From assembly GCF_006345805.1 (NCBI RefSeq), contig NC_043016.1, positions 28,830,001 through 28,894,000 on the forward strand: a DNA stretch of 64,000 nucleotides, written 5' to 3'. Both the position numbers and the translations under genes were made by a program. This DNA comes from Octopus sinensis. Lineage: Eukaryota. Below the pieces are notes generated by a model. It was not told where the DNA came from. It ran no database searches and saw nothing but the letters and a program-made list of their open reading frames with translations. Of the stretch, positions 26,542 to 41,477 are shown piece after piece; position 1 is the first letter of the stretch, and the number at the start of each line of letters is the position of its first letter.

Positions 26542-26951
26542 GAGAGAGCAGTGCATGCCATCAAAGTGACACTGGGATAAAATATATGAAGCCCAGTATA
26601 CCCATCTGATAAGGGTGCATCAGGCACATGTTAGAATTTTTTTCAGATCAAGTAGCCCATCCCACTCAAATGGTCTTTGAATAAGGGTTGAATGAAACAC
26701 CCATGTTTCCAATGGTGAATTATTCAAACCCCCAAAGAATCCCTCTCAACACATGGCTATGATGCTCTCCCACTACTGTTGCTTATGATCAGAGATGCCA
26801 CAAAGAGACATGCTCAACTGTTATGGTCAAACAACTGACAAGCAAATCTGTGGCATTAAGCAGAATATTTGCTGTAGCCCTTCTTTTAAACCAAGACAAA
26901 ACAATGTACATGATATCACTTGAGAGTCACTGCCTGGTACTACATCAGGGC
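26542..26951. mobile_element. Internally deleted copy of a roughly 550-bp (TAA)n-flanked non-coding retroposon-like element
   Basis: Aligns to 27284-27834 with internal deletions. Confidence 0.75.
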
Positions 26952-26980
26952 TTTTTATTATTATTATTATTATTATTATT

Positions 26981-27258
26981 CAGTAGTTTTATTTTTATAG
27001 CGTGCTTTCACTTCACTACCGAGCGCAGCTCTGTGTGCCTTGGGTATGTGCTGTGATTTGTTGTGATGCTCTGATGGTTATTGTATGGAAAGTGTTCTGC
27101 GTAGGATGTGTGCAGTGCCTAGTAGTGCAATTTTCTGTATGTTATATGTGTTTGTAAGTCCTGGTGTTTTTGTTATGTATTTGTCTGAATATTTTTTTAT
27201 CATGCCTAATGCACCTACTATGATAGGAATTGTTTCTGTTTTTAGATTCACATTCTGG
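26981..27258 (-). mobile_element. R4/Dong-clade LINE 3' end inside a (TAA)n run
   Basis: NLKTETIPIIVGALGMIKKYSDKYITKTPGLTNTYNIQKIALLGTAHILRRTLSIQ* plus 3' UTR; TAA repeats on both sides. Confidence 0.85.
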
Positions 27259-27283
27259 TTATTATTATTATTATTATTATTGA

Positions 27284-27959
<676 letters not shown>

Positions 27960-28381
27960 TATTATTATTATTTATTATTATTTATTATTATTTTATTTAT
28001 TATTTATTTTTTATTATTTATTATTTATTATTATTATTATTATTTATTATTATTTATTATTATTTAAAGATCATTATTTGCACTACTATGTTGTCTAAGA
28101 CTATGTCACTGTGTCCACTTGTGCCACATTCTTTAAATGCTAGATTTCCCAGGCATTCCTTGGCTGTGAAATAGGTTTGCTTGGAAGAACAATGTTTAGC
28201 TTTTTGTTTTTCTTTTTGTATTTTTTTCCCCTGGTAGAACAGGCTGATATTGTGAGTGGGGTGTCAGCCATTTATTTAGTAGGCAATTAAACAAAATATC
28301 CTTAAATGCAGTAGATGTCTTTGTGTGTGTGTGTGTGTGACTATAAAGTGTATACAGCCTCTGTCCGTCTCTGTCTCTCAT

Positions 28382-28412
<31 letters not shown>

Positions 28413-28437
28413 TCTCTCTCTCTCTATATATATATAT

Positions 28438-28469
<32 letters not shown>

Positions 28470-28488
28470 ATATATGTATACATGTATA

Positions 28489-28670
28489 TATCTGTAAAAT
28501 AATATGTGACAATTATTCAATAGCCAAGATAAAACTCTGAGTTTCGGATGCCGAGGTGAAATCCACAACACCATCTCTTCGGTTATCTGGCCATCTGAAA
28601 AACGCTACATCCGAAACTCAGAGTTTTATCTTGGCTATTGAATAATTGTCACATATTACTTTTACAGATA
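28489..28670. repeat. Foldback: 62/63-bp near-perfect inverted repeat with a 57-nt spacer, overlapping a hammerhead-like motif on the minus strand
   Basis: Arms 28489-28550 and 28608-28670 differ by a single 1-nt indel. Confidence 0.9.
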
Positions 28671-29601
28671 AATTTCCTCTATTTACATAATATTGAGGTC
28701 TCTTTCTTTCTTTTGTTATCTTACCATTTTTACCAATAATATATATATGTTCACACACTCATCATTTTATATTATATGTGTGTGTTGTATGTGTCTCTAT
28801 ATATATACATATAATATATCATTATCATTTTAATGATCACATTTCCATGCATATTTGCTTGGGTCAAACAGTATTTGTTGACTCTAGATGCTCTTCTTAT
28901 CACCAACTGTCATCTCTTTCCAAGTAAGGCAACCAGACATATTTCCACAGAAGATTGGAAACAAAGTACACTATTTGCATGATGTGATAGTTGTTTACAA
29001 CTATCATGCAATGTCAAGATAAGAAGACAGTAAAACACACACACACACACACACACACGATGGGTTTCTTCTGTTTCCAGCTATCAAATCTATTCACAAG
29101 ACTTTGGTCAGGTCAAGGCTATAGTAGAAGACATTTGCCCAAGGTGCCAAGTATTGTGACTGAACCTGGAGCCATGTGATCAGGAAGGAAACTTCTCCCT
29201 GCACTGCCATGCCATCATCATTATCATCATCAATGTTTTAATGTCCATTTTCTTGGAATTCATTGAGACATTTTCTACAGCCAGATGCCCTTCCTATCAC
29301 CACCCATCATCTATTTCCAAGAATGTTTAATATTATATGTGTGTATTTGTGTGCGCTATACTATACTACAGAAGATATCTATAGATTTTAGCCAACACTC
29401 ATGGACATAAATACTTTAATCTTTAAATACAGGCACAGGCATAGCTGTCTGGTAAGAGGTTTACCTCCTAACCATATGGTTCTGGATTCAATCCCACTGC
29501 TTGGCACCTTGGCCAAGTGTCTTTCACTGTAATCTCAGGCTGACCAAAGTCTTGTCAGTTGATTTGGCAGATGGAGACTAAAAGAAGCCCATCATATATA
29601 T

Positions 29602-29634
<33 letters not shown>

Positions 29635-31422
29635 GTATATGTATTTATCTGTGTGCGTGTATGTCTTTGTGTCCATTTGACAACCAGTGTTGGTGTGTCT
29701 ACATCCCTATACTTAGTGGTTTGGCAAAAGAGACTGACAGGATAAGTGCCAGGGTTTAAAGAAAAAAGATGCTTGGGTCGATTAGTGCGACTAAAATCCT
29801 TCAAGACAATGCCCCAGTATGGTTGCAGTCTAATGACTAAAACAAGTATCGTAGCAGACAGATAAAGTGGAATCGGCAGGACTGATTTCATTTCTGTTCT
29901 AAGATCTTTATCAATGACTCTTTTAGTGTCCACACTAACCCCACTGTTATGAAGGGGTTATGTAAACTAGTGGGACCTATGAATATTTCACAGAATTTAT
30001 GGTAAACTTATTGGGTTATTTCTGAAAACTTTATCCAAAAAACCTGAAAGCATAGCCTGTGTTGTGTCTGTATCAAAAGATAGTTGCTTATCTGCCAATC
30101 ATTGAAAAGTGAAGGAAATTGGAATACAATGATTGCTTAATGCACTTTATATATATATATATACTTTATGCACAATTTTATAAACTTAATACTTAACACT
30201 CTCCCTTTTTCTCTCTCACTATCTGCCTTATCCTCTTTTTCGCTCTCCTTTTTCTTTTGCTCTTCGCCTTTTCTTTCAATCAATTAATCACATGAAAAGT
30301 ATTACAGACAGGCTATCTAACGGAGGAATAAAACTTGGTTAAAAACAAAATTTTCTCATTTCACTCACCACTACTTCTCCCTCCCCCTTACATTTCCTCC
30401 TCCCCTCCCACCGACTCCTCCCCCTACTCAACTAATCATGTGGAAGCATTACAAATGGGCTAAGTAACGGAGTGACTAGCAGAATTATTATAAGATCGGA
30501 TAAACATCTCATTTGTACAATTACTCTGAGTAATAAATTATTGGTGTTTTGTTTCAATGCTTTATTGTACAACATAATATCTAGCGGTATATTTTAACCA
30601 ATATTAAATAATAGACAGGTGCATAGCCTGGTGGTTTAGGATGTTGCAATCATGATGGCAAGATCGTGGCTTTGATTTCCAGTCTGGGTGGTGCATTCTG
30701 TTCTCAAACAAAACATTTTATTTCATGTTGCTCTGCAATCAGTTTGACAACCGAAGTATGACACACTATACTGCATCTGTACAAGCAATGTTGATCTGAT
30801 GGAGAGAATGATCTAATGTACGGCTATAAACATTATAGTCTGTGCTGGTCATTCAGCGAGAAATTGCATAATTGTCTTTCTCAGGCTTGAGAGATTACAA
30901 AGCAGATGTAATAGACAAATGTAAACACCTTCTCTGTGTATATTCAATATCTTTATGGATTTACTCCAGTTTTTAGTTGGTTTACATGTAGTGTTTCTGT
31001 GGAGTGTTTGAAAGGAGAGAGTACTCAGTTATTGTTGAAGTCCCAAGCAGGACTGAAACTATTCCTGCTGATCCCTTCCTCTGCCCACAAAGATGCTGTA
31101 TATTAAGTCAAGGCATGTATATCTGTCTATATATGCAGTGATGGCTAAAAATGTATTGATATATTCTGTATTACAGAATACCATTGAAAGAGAAATACTG
31201 ATAATACATTAAGGATTTATAGACTTTTTACATAAATAGGTGCAGACATAGTTGTATGGTTATGGAGCTTGTTTCCCAACCGTCTCACTGCACATCACTT
31301 TGGACAGGTGTTTTCTACTATAGTCCTGGACTAATCAAAACCTTGTGAATGGATTTGGTAGATGGAAGCTGAAAGAAGCCAATCATATATTTGTGTGTGT
31401 GTTGGCAGAGTGGATCTCAAAC

Positions 31423-31645
31423 CATATAAAGCTATAAATCATAGCATGTAAATATTGGGTTGAAAAATTCTTTTGGAGTGAAAATTTTGAAAGGCTGCCT
31501 GTAGGACTCGAATAGAACAATTGTCATGTCTACAGATGTGGGCTTGAGTTTCATGGACAGCCTTTGAATTTTACTATCAAAATGGGTTTTTCAACCCATT
31601 TTCCCAACCAATATTCACATGCTACTATTTATAACTTTATATATG
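31423..31645. mobile_element. MITE with long (about 85-100 bp) imperfect TIRs in a TA context; a related copy at about 59040-59275 is split by another insertion
   Basis: Left arm 31423-31509 and right arm 31546-31645 are reverse complements (TATAAAG.TATAAAT..TAGCATGT.AATATTGG...AAAGGCTG). Confidence 0.7.
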
Positions 31646-31849
31646 TGCTTCAAGATCAATTATTCCAAACAAGAATTATTTTATGTCCTCATTATTTTAT
31701 GCCCTATCGAAAGTTCATAAAATTCTTATGATGTCAAATATATTTTCGCTCTTGCATCTCACGTTTGATCTTTGACTTCTGGCCGAAATCAGATCGCCAT
31801 GTTGATTCGCTAGCCTCTGCACGCATATTTTTTTCTCTCCTTCTTTCTG

Positions 31850-32035
31850 TGTTTTTTCTCTGTGTATCTTTCTGTTGAAGAGCGTAGGCTCGAAACGTTA
31901 AAGACTTGTTTTATTTATATTTCCTGAGCGCCATACTAATACAATTGTTTGTTTGTATTCCACCTGCCTTCGTCTTTTGTTTTTTTCCGTAAACCTGCCT
32001 TCGTCTTTTGTCTATTTTCATAAAGCTTCCCGATA
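31850..32035 (+). mobile_element. Penelope-like pLTR-type repeat with a hammerhead-like motif (31867-31904)
   Basis: TCTTT-CTGTTGA-A-GAGC-GTAG-GCTC-GAAACGTT-AAAGA, followed by TTCCTGAGCG...TAATAC as in the 14855-15225 units. Confidence 0.6.
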
Positions 32036-33587
32036 TATATATATATATATACAAAAGGGATAAATTATTCTACTGGATACTGCATTATCTCACAAAATGG
32101 TACAGATGCTGGTTATCCACAACAGTCCAATTACATAGTATTCAAGCTTAAATAGATACTGATACTTGTAAGCTTCACTTGTTGGGTAGTTCCTTGTTCC
32201 TATTCAGAACAGCAAATATTCTGTAGAGTATATAATTGAAAACCAAAACATCCAGAACTTTTTTATTAAAAAGTTTCCTACAGCATATATAACAATGACC
32301 AACATATGTTTCTACTGTAGCAACAGCACATTGCTCTGTATGCAATTATGCATTGTAGCTGCTGCAATTTTATCAAGGATCCATCACATACGGCATTTCC
32401 AAAGTGAACTAATTCAAACAAGCTGACTGCGTTGGCATTCAGTTGAAGGTGATAGTGTTACTTTTTAAATCAAATTGAATTCTGGTCTTATAATCACCTC
32501 TACTGGTATTACAATTGAATCGTGGTTTTAAAATGTTTATTTATAATACAATTAATTGTAGCAGGTTTGTTTATATATATATGTTATTAGATAATAAATT
32601 ATATGGTATACAACTGGTAGCTTGCAAGTAAAGCACGTTCACTTTCACAGTGTTTGTTGGGTATTTTATTGATAAGAGAGACGGAAGATATGAGAATGTT
32701 TATTGATCACTACGATTGTTTTGGCCCATCTAGCATCAATCCCTCACATCAAAACAGTCAACATCCACACCAACAGATACTTCTAATCTAGTTTTCAAGT
32801 ATCCCACCCATGAGGGATTGATGCTAGATGGGTTAAAGCAATTGTAGTGATCAATAAGCATTTTTGTATCTTCCGTCTTCTGTCTCTCTCATTCATAAAA
32901 TGTGTGTGTGTTTGTGTGTACCTTTGTCTAGGCATCACATGATAGTTGTAAATGAGTGTCACTGTCATACAAGCAGTGTCTGTCATTTCCAGTATTCTGC
33001 AAGAGCACGGCTAGCTATGGGGGATGCAACAAAGGGGATGAGAGGTGGAAAGATAAGAGGGTCAGGGATACCTGTGTGGAGGAGATACAAGATCAGCTGA
33101 TTCCAAGGAACAAAAGCCATTATAGTAATGGTAGACAAAACAGAAAGAGGAAACTGTATATTTAATACACACACACGCGTGCGCACTTGCACACACATAC
33201 ACACACACAGAGATAGAAAGAGACAGACAGATAAATACATAGACAGATGAACAGAGAGACAGACTGATAGATTGGATTTTATAGAATGGGAAATAATCTT
33301 GAAATGTCAGAAGTATATTCATAACTGTGGCAATCACTTTGATAATATGACTCTGTGAATGAGTGTGTGTGTGTGTGTGTGTGTGTTAGCACCAGTACAC
33401 AATAAGTTCATTATTATTAAACAACTATAGTCACTACACAGTCGTGTATGTATGCTTTGATTAGTCCTCTATAGTTGGTAGAAAGCTGTATATTATTACA
33501 TTTGACAACTAGTCAGTAGATAGATGTTATGTAAGTACATTAGTGCTGCTTTCTATAGTAGTTAGAAAGATATATAATATATATATA

Positions 33588-33630
<43 letters not shown>

Positions 33631-36600
33631 AGTGCAGTTGTACTCTATGCTAGCTAGATAGGTTTGGGTTAGTCCCTTAGTCTATAGTAGTTAATTAGAT
33701 GTGTATGTTTAGTATATTAGACTGTTCTTATGATAGCTAGATAGGTTTGTATATGTTTAGGTGGTAGTTATGACTGTTATTTCGTCCGCATTTCAATGTC
33801 ACATCTCCACTACACATTTTTCTGCTTAGCACTGGATTGAAAAGGCTTCTTGTATGTAGTTACTTAATGTGTTAGAAATAGCAACCAAATTCCAGTATAA
33901 TATCTAATATTAGAAAAGACAGCATGTCTGGAAGGTGTTTGATTATTGATTCATTTGCTAGACAAATAACATTTTCACTCCCTGATCAACTGCAACCACA
34001 TGTAACATCTTTAATCATAGTTTTGAAAGATCAAGACTGCCTGGGTTTAAGCAGCAGCAACAACAGCTATAGCCACTAATACTAACTACTATACTATACA
34101 TTAGATAATGTAGTCCTAGATATACTGTGCCTAAATAAAAGATGGGATGGTCATGTTTGGAACATCTCTGATCATATGGCTGTTGCAAAAGATCTTTGCC
34201 TTTTTCAAGTTTTCAATTCTGTAACCACCTCCATCTCCCCAACAGTTATTGCTTTTCACCAGTTTCTCACTTTGACAATCTCTCAAATTCTTCTGTGTGA
34301 AACAGTTTTGTTTTCATCCATCTATATCACTATTCCTCTTCCTCCACTCTACACTGTGCAGGTGGAATGTAAAAAAAGCACTCATCTCACCCTTTAAAGT
34401 GGTTGGTATTAGGAAGGGCGGCCAACCATAGAAACCTTGCTACAAGAGACTATTGAAGTCTGGCCAGCTCCCCAGCTGGACAGCTCCCCAGTTGGCCAGC
34501 TCCTGTCTAACTGCCCAACCCATGCCAGCATGGAGAAGACTTTAATTAAACAACAAGAACAACAACAGCACCTGAGAAATACATTAACTTTTTTTGCCAT
34601 ATTTGTGTTAAAGTACAACCTGCTTAATTACAACTAATTTTGAAAATACATAAAGAATTTGGTAAAATAATTTTGTCATTATTAAGTAGGTGTTAGGGAC
34701 ATAAATTAATGTGAAGTTTTAATGGAAATTTCTAAATTCAATCACTTTAAAACCTGAAAGTTTGTATCATAGAACTAGGTGTGGTCTGAGGTGGGATGCT
34801 ATCAAAATGGTTAAAAGGTGCATTCCTGTATATACACAGTCACATACGCTCTAATACAAAATGGGTTGTACCTATAGTTTACAAGTCCAGCATTACCACA
34901 TACATATAATACATATAATATATCATCATCATCATCATTTAATGTCCGTTGTCCATGCAGGCATGGGTTGGATGGTTTGACCAGGGCTAGCACGCAGGAA
35001 GGCTGCACCAGACTCCAGTTTGATTTGGCATGGTTTCTATGGTTGGATGCCCTTTCTAATGCCAACCACTTCAAGAGTGTAATGGGTTCTTTTATGTGCC
35101 ACCGGATTGGATGCCATTTGTGTGACACCAGTATCTGTCATGATTGCAATTTTATTTGGTTTGATGGGTCTTCTTCTCAAGCACAACATAATGCCGGGTT
35201 CTCATTGTCATGTGTGTGTGTGTGTTACTGTCTCCTTGGCTAGACTTCATGTGATAATTATAAATATGTGCCGCGATCATGAAAGCATTGTCCCATATTT
35301 CCAATTTTCTGTGAAAACATGTCTGGTCATAGGAGAATATTACCTTACTTTGAAACAGGTGAAAGTTGGCACCAGGAAGAGCATCCAGTCACAGAAAATT
35401 CACCTCAACAAATTCCATCTGACTAGTGCAAGCATGGAAAAGTGGATGTTAAAATGATGATGATGATGATATACATTTATATTTTATGAATATAGCATTC
35501 AAACGTACCTTTATTGATCTAGATCTACAAGTGGAGAATTTCAATCAATATCTACAAAATAAGTAGCGCAAATTTAATATTACACTATGTTTTTCAACAA
35601 GTAGCATCTCATTGGATAAATTAGAGATCAGCTTCACTGATACATTCAAGTGGTCTTTGTTCATCTCAGGACTTTGATGCCTGTCACTCTATCTCAATAG
35701 GACACCGTCAACGTTCTTTTAAGAAATTACATCTCTGCCACATCATTGATAAGTTTTTTGCATTTTGTCTGTTATGTTCCAGATCACACAGCCATATATA
35801 AATATGGGTTCTATGTATGCCCTTAGGATTTTGTTTTTGTTTTATTGATAATCACTCATTAGACAATATATATGTTTGATCTCCCCGAAAACCACCATGT
35901 ATGTTTTAATACAGACACAATTGCTAGGTTGCTCAATTAATCAAACAACAGAGACATTCATTCCAAAACTGATTTCTGTTGTTTAAATGTTGAAATATTT
36001 TTTCACAGCTTTCATGGATTCCCATGACTATTGCCATCCAATTCTATTATTATGAATTTGAATCGGGAGCTTGAGTCATAGTGAATCTTTCATTAGTTGA
36101 TTATACAACCATGGTTGAACGTTAAAGTAATTTTAGAAATAATGAAGAATTTAGTAAAGTACTTTTACATTAATTAATCTGGTGTTTGGGAGATAATTTA
36201 ACATGAGATTTTGATGGAAGGTTTGGATTTAGGTCACTTTGAAATGGGAAATTTGTGTCATAGAACAGAGGCAGTTTCAGGTGATTTGATATCAAAAGAG
36301 TTAAAACCAACACAAGATTGTGTTTTGGCATATCTGATTAGTTGTAATTATGTAGTCAGCCAGTTTGAGGGATTTAATACAGCTTTACTTTGAACAAATG
36401 ACATTATATTTTAGTCTCTCTACACATATTTAACTTTTATAATTAGTTTGTAGATTCTCTTTTAATATCTTGTTAAAGGGGAAAAAAAATGATCTTGTTA
36501 AGCAATACTTGACTAATTTCATATTTTGGAAAAAATTTATTCAGTATTTCTTGTTGTTGTGAAGCAGATACTTTGTGCCTGTCCCTATCTTTTGACAGAC

Positions 36601-37267
36601 CAGTCTGCTGCTATCAGATCGACTGAACAACAGGAATATTATAGTAATGCATGTAATCTCAATTAACAATGAAATTGTACAAGGCTTTTGTAATCATCTT
36701 GCAGACACATGCACACATGTACTCTTTCTCTTTCACACTACACATATTTTCCCTCTCTCCCACATACATACACACACTTACACAGTCTTTCACACATGTG
36801 CAAACACACACACACACATAAACACATGCGTGCTCACATACACATTTACACTACCATACACTATCATACCATAACATACACTATCATACATAACATGTAC
36901 ACTATCATACATAACATACATACACTTGTACAAATACACACACTCTCCCTCTTTCTCTGTCTCTCTCATACACACACACACATTTACATGTTCAGTGCAA
37001 AAGGTATTTCGTTTTTGTCAGATAAATTTGAAGACAGTTTTTAATAAAATTATTATAAAGTTGATGTACTGGACCAGTGATCACATGGTATGGAGTTCAA
37101 GCCTTGCTATTGTCAACACTGTGTTATGTTCTTGCATAATGTGCCTTGTTCCAAATGCATTCCACCCACTACTTCAACATTTCATAGTTTGAATGATTAT
37201 CAAGAAATTTAGGTTTTAAAAATAGTTGTTCTGCTCAATAGCTATATATGGAAATGGACACCAAAAT

Positions 37268-37612
37268 GACATGTCTAATCAGGGTCCTCACCCATTATAA
37301 GTAACACATCTGATCTGTTTCTACCCATTAAAAGTAGTACCTGACTTCAGTCCCTGCCCATTAAAAATAACATGTCCAATCTGAATGCCTACCCATTAAA
37401 CATAACAGGTTTAATGTGAGTGCATACCCATTAAAAGTAACATATCTAATCTGGGCCCTTACCCATTAAAAGTAACGTCTAATTTCAGTCTCAACCCATT
37501 AAAAGCAACTTCTGATCTCAGTCTCTGCCCATGAAAAGTAACGTCTAATCTCAGTAATTACCCATTAAAAGTAACATGTCTAATATGGGCCCCTACCCAT
37601 TAAAAGTAGCAT
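37268..37612. repeat. 33-35-bp minisatellite, 10 copies
   Basis: CCCAT(T/G)A motif at 37291, 37324, 37357, 37392, 37427, 37462, 37495, 37528, 37561 and 37596. Confidence 0.9.
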
Positions 37613-40600
37613 ACCTGGTGAGATGATATTGTTGTTGAACCCAATCCTAAGTGTGAGTAGAGAGCTGTGATTAAAAGACATTACAGCCATGACCATCCCA
37701 TCGTTCCCTCAGGTATTTCATTCCAAGGACTCCATTATTTTATTTTCAAGATGGTTGGCTGTAACTTGAGTGAGATTTGTCTGTTATATCTAACAAGTTG
37801 AGGGACCTGTGAAATGTTTCTTGTCAGTTTGAAATGGTGAGATTAATACAGTTAAACATTTCTGACATCAAGAGGGAAATATGTGGGTAGAAAAATGGAG
37901 ATGGAGGGTGGGTGAGTGGATGAAAGAACAAGTGGGTGGATGGACAGACGGGTAGGTGGATGGTTGGATGTTTTAGAAAAAAGAGGTCATTGGCCATGAC
38001 CTTCATTCTCTGTCTCTATCAGACTGTGAAAATGATACAGTTTACATTCAGATTCAACATCTCTAAATCAACAACTGCAGGAAAAAATGTAGGTGGTAGG
38101 AAGAAAATTCTTGAAGACTGACCTTTTTTGGAAGAAGGATTGGGTATAATTGTGTGGTGGTAGGCCTGGTTTGAAAAGGTGTTAATATGTGACTATTTAG
38201 CTCAGGGGAAAATGTTCAATACACATCTTTCTCTAGAAATAAATTTTATATTTTTTCTTTCTTTTTCAATCCTTTTTTTTAAAAAAAAAAAAAAGAAATT
38301 GCAAAATTTTCCAGTATTCTATAGTCTTAGAGAAAATCTTCAATGGTTTTCCTCATTCAAGAAATGTTTTGCTACAAATATATTGAAAATAATTTCAAAG
38401 AAAAACAATTAAAATCTAATTTTGATTCATGTCAAAAGTACATTAGCTCTTTGAATATCTTTTTTCTTACTTGGATTATTATTATTGTTGTTGTGTCTTC
38501 ATGAAAGACAGGAAAGGTTGTGGGCAGTGCCTCATACACTTATAGGAATGAAATTATATGAAAATAACCATCATCATCAGCATCTGTCACAGCATGCATA
38601 TCAATATTATTGTTGTCATGATGGTATCATCATTATGATCGCGATGATAATCATTATCACCGTAACTGTGATTGTCCATAATAGTACATCATCATCATTG
38701 TAACTCTGATTGTCCTTACAAATGCTATATCATCATCAATGTCTCCACTGTATTTCAGTATCATCGCTATCATCATACACACATACAAAATACATCTACA
38801 CACGCTTAAACACATGCTTACCTATATATAGAGTCACCTACTCACATGTGCACACTTGTAAACACATACTCTCTCTCTCTCACACACACACACACACCTA
38901 TGTACTGACACTGACACAATTACACGCAGATATGTACATAACGTACAACCTTTAATTGTATACTGTCAGCAATCTTAATCAAAATCATTATAATGCTGTT
39001 AATCAGTTTTTGGCTTGACTGTATTACTACTATTACACCATCAAACCAATTTAAAAGGTTAAATGCTGCTTAAATTACCATATTTGGTCATTAAGTAAAT
39101 ACGAGATAAGATAAGGAATTGACATACTTAAATGATTAGAGTGGTGGATGCCAGCGTTGGCTGAGCACTGGGCTAAATATCTTGTAAATATTCTCTTATA
39201 GCCTATACATTTTGAGTCCAAATCTTGCTAGACAACTGTCTTGCATCCATAATGGGGTTAGTACCATTGATATACTGGTCTCAATTCGGTTGACAAAACA
39301 CTTACTATACCTTATATAAAAAATACACAGTTTTGTAATTTTCTATTAGAATGAGTTCCAAGGTGGTGAAATGGGTATATTTTGTAGGATGAGTAATAGG
39401 TTAGTAAATTTATTAAATGTTTGAGTGTGTACTGGGGTAGATTTATTTAGTGTTTGAGTGACATAAAGAAGGTTCCTTGACCTTATTGGTTATATCCGGG
39501 TAAATTAAAAGTAAATAAATAAAATAATGAAGTCAAGCAAGAGATGATGGTTGAGGAAATAATACTTCAAGGTTAATCAAGCAAAAAAATATGATATTCA
39601 TCAATAACAATTTGCAGGTATTTATTGATAACAAAAGTTATTGATCCTTAAAAATCAATGATTATGTAATCTGTTAAGTTGATTGTGGTTTCTGAATGAA
39701 AGTATTGTGGCTCTAACTATTGACAAATGAGATATCAGAAACAACGTTTTATGTTATCGTATTCAAACAGGATATCATACCCTAACGAATATATCAACTG
39801 TGTAATATCAGGCTGGCATATCTTTTACTGGTTTCAGTCATTAGACGGCAGCCATGCTGGAACACCACCTTGAAGAATTTTTAGCTCTATGAATCGACCC
39901 CAGTACTTAATTTTTTATTATTAACCTATCAGTTTCTATTGCCAAATCGCAAAGTTATATAGGGATGTAAACACAAGACCATTGTCAAACAGTGGTGAGG
40001 GACAAATACATGCAAAGACACACACCGATATATATATATATATATTATATATATATATATATATTTATATATGACACATTAACGCCTACTTAAATACTGC
40101 CTCATTTGTGCATACCAGATTTTGTTTATATCTTTAATATATTTGGCTACAAATTTCTGACTAGTCACTGGGGTTTAACTGCTTGTCTAAAAGAAGGAGG
40201 CTCCATTTTTTTTTCACCCATTTTAAAGCTGTATAACGATCTTTCTCAACAGAATTTAGAGATCAAGAAGAAAATGCTACAGTTTTACCATTTTTATTAA
40301 GAGAGGTTCCATTGGCAGCCTACAGAGGTGTCCTTTCAAAAACAAACTACATATACTTATTGTCTTTAGCATTAACTAACTCTAGAATTATTGGTTTTAA
40401 GTAATTGATTGCTATTATAGCTTCTTCTGAAAGTGGCAACAATATTGATTAGAAATTTCTTTCACAGAAGCAAGAAACTTATCAAGATGCTTATCTTTTA
40501 TCCTTTTACTTGTTTTAGTTATTGGACTGCAGCTATGCTGGGGCACCACCTTAGTCAAAGAAATCAACTCCAGTTTTTTTTTTTTAAATCTGGTACTTTT

Positions 40601-41438
40601 CCAATAGTCACTTTTTCCAAATTGCTAAGTTATGGTGATATAAACTAACTAACATGGTTATCAAACAATCAAGCATGGTTGTCAATCAGTGATGAGACAG
40701 ACAGACAGACAGACAGTTCGACAGACACATATACACACACATAAAACCCAGAATCTCTGTCTACCAAATCCAATCACAATGTTTTGATCAGCCTAGAGCT
40801 ATACCAGAAGATACCTGCCTAAGGTGCAACTTAGTGGAACTGAAACCAGGACCATGTGGTTGGGAAGCAAACTTCTTACCATACATCTGCATATTAAGGG
40901 AATCTGTTAGTAGACATGAGTATTTCTTTACATAGAGTTAAACATAGAGTCACTCAGGATGTAATTTGTTGTTGTTAATTTATATGAAAGATAGATTTGA
41001 GACTTATTGTTGTTAAGTATCATATTAAATTTATGACATACTTCAAGGGATTTAGATTGATTTTCTTTATGTTCTTCAATATTACCTCTGGGAGGTGTGT
41101 GTGTTTTATCTAAATTAGTATATCTGCCTTTCAATTTATTTTCATAAATAAGGTTGTTTGTAATTCATTGGAAATATGCAGCTGTATGACTGGACTGGTT
41201 GTCCTTTCTTTTTTTGTCATTGGTTGATAGTATTGCAGATATGGTAACTTAACCATCTTTTCTGTGCTTGAGTTGTTTCCAGAAGTAACTGCCTGATTCC
41301 CAAGCACCATAGAGCCTCAAGGTATGCCAGATATTGGTATAACCATACACACCTGCCTTAGGGTCCCTTCTGCCAAATTTTCTGTAGGAATTTATTCACT
41401 TAGGCTCAGTAAATAACCTCACAAGATAGCAGGATTTT

Positions 41439-41477
<39 letters not shown>

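Noticed and set aside
37268-37612. CRISPR-like appearance (conserved repeat plus variable spacer)
   Set aside because: The spacers are homologous to each other and too short, the context is eukaryotic, and there are no cas genes; it is a minisatellite.
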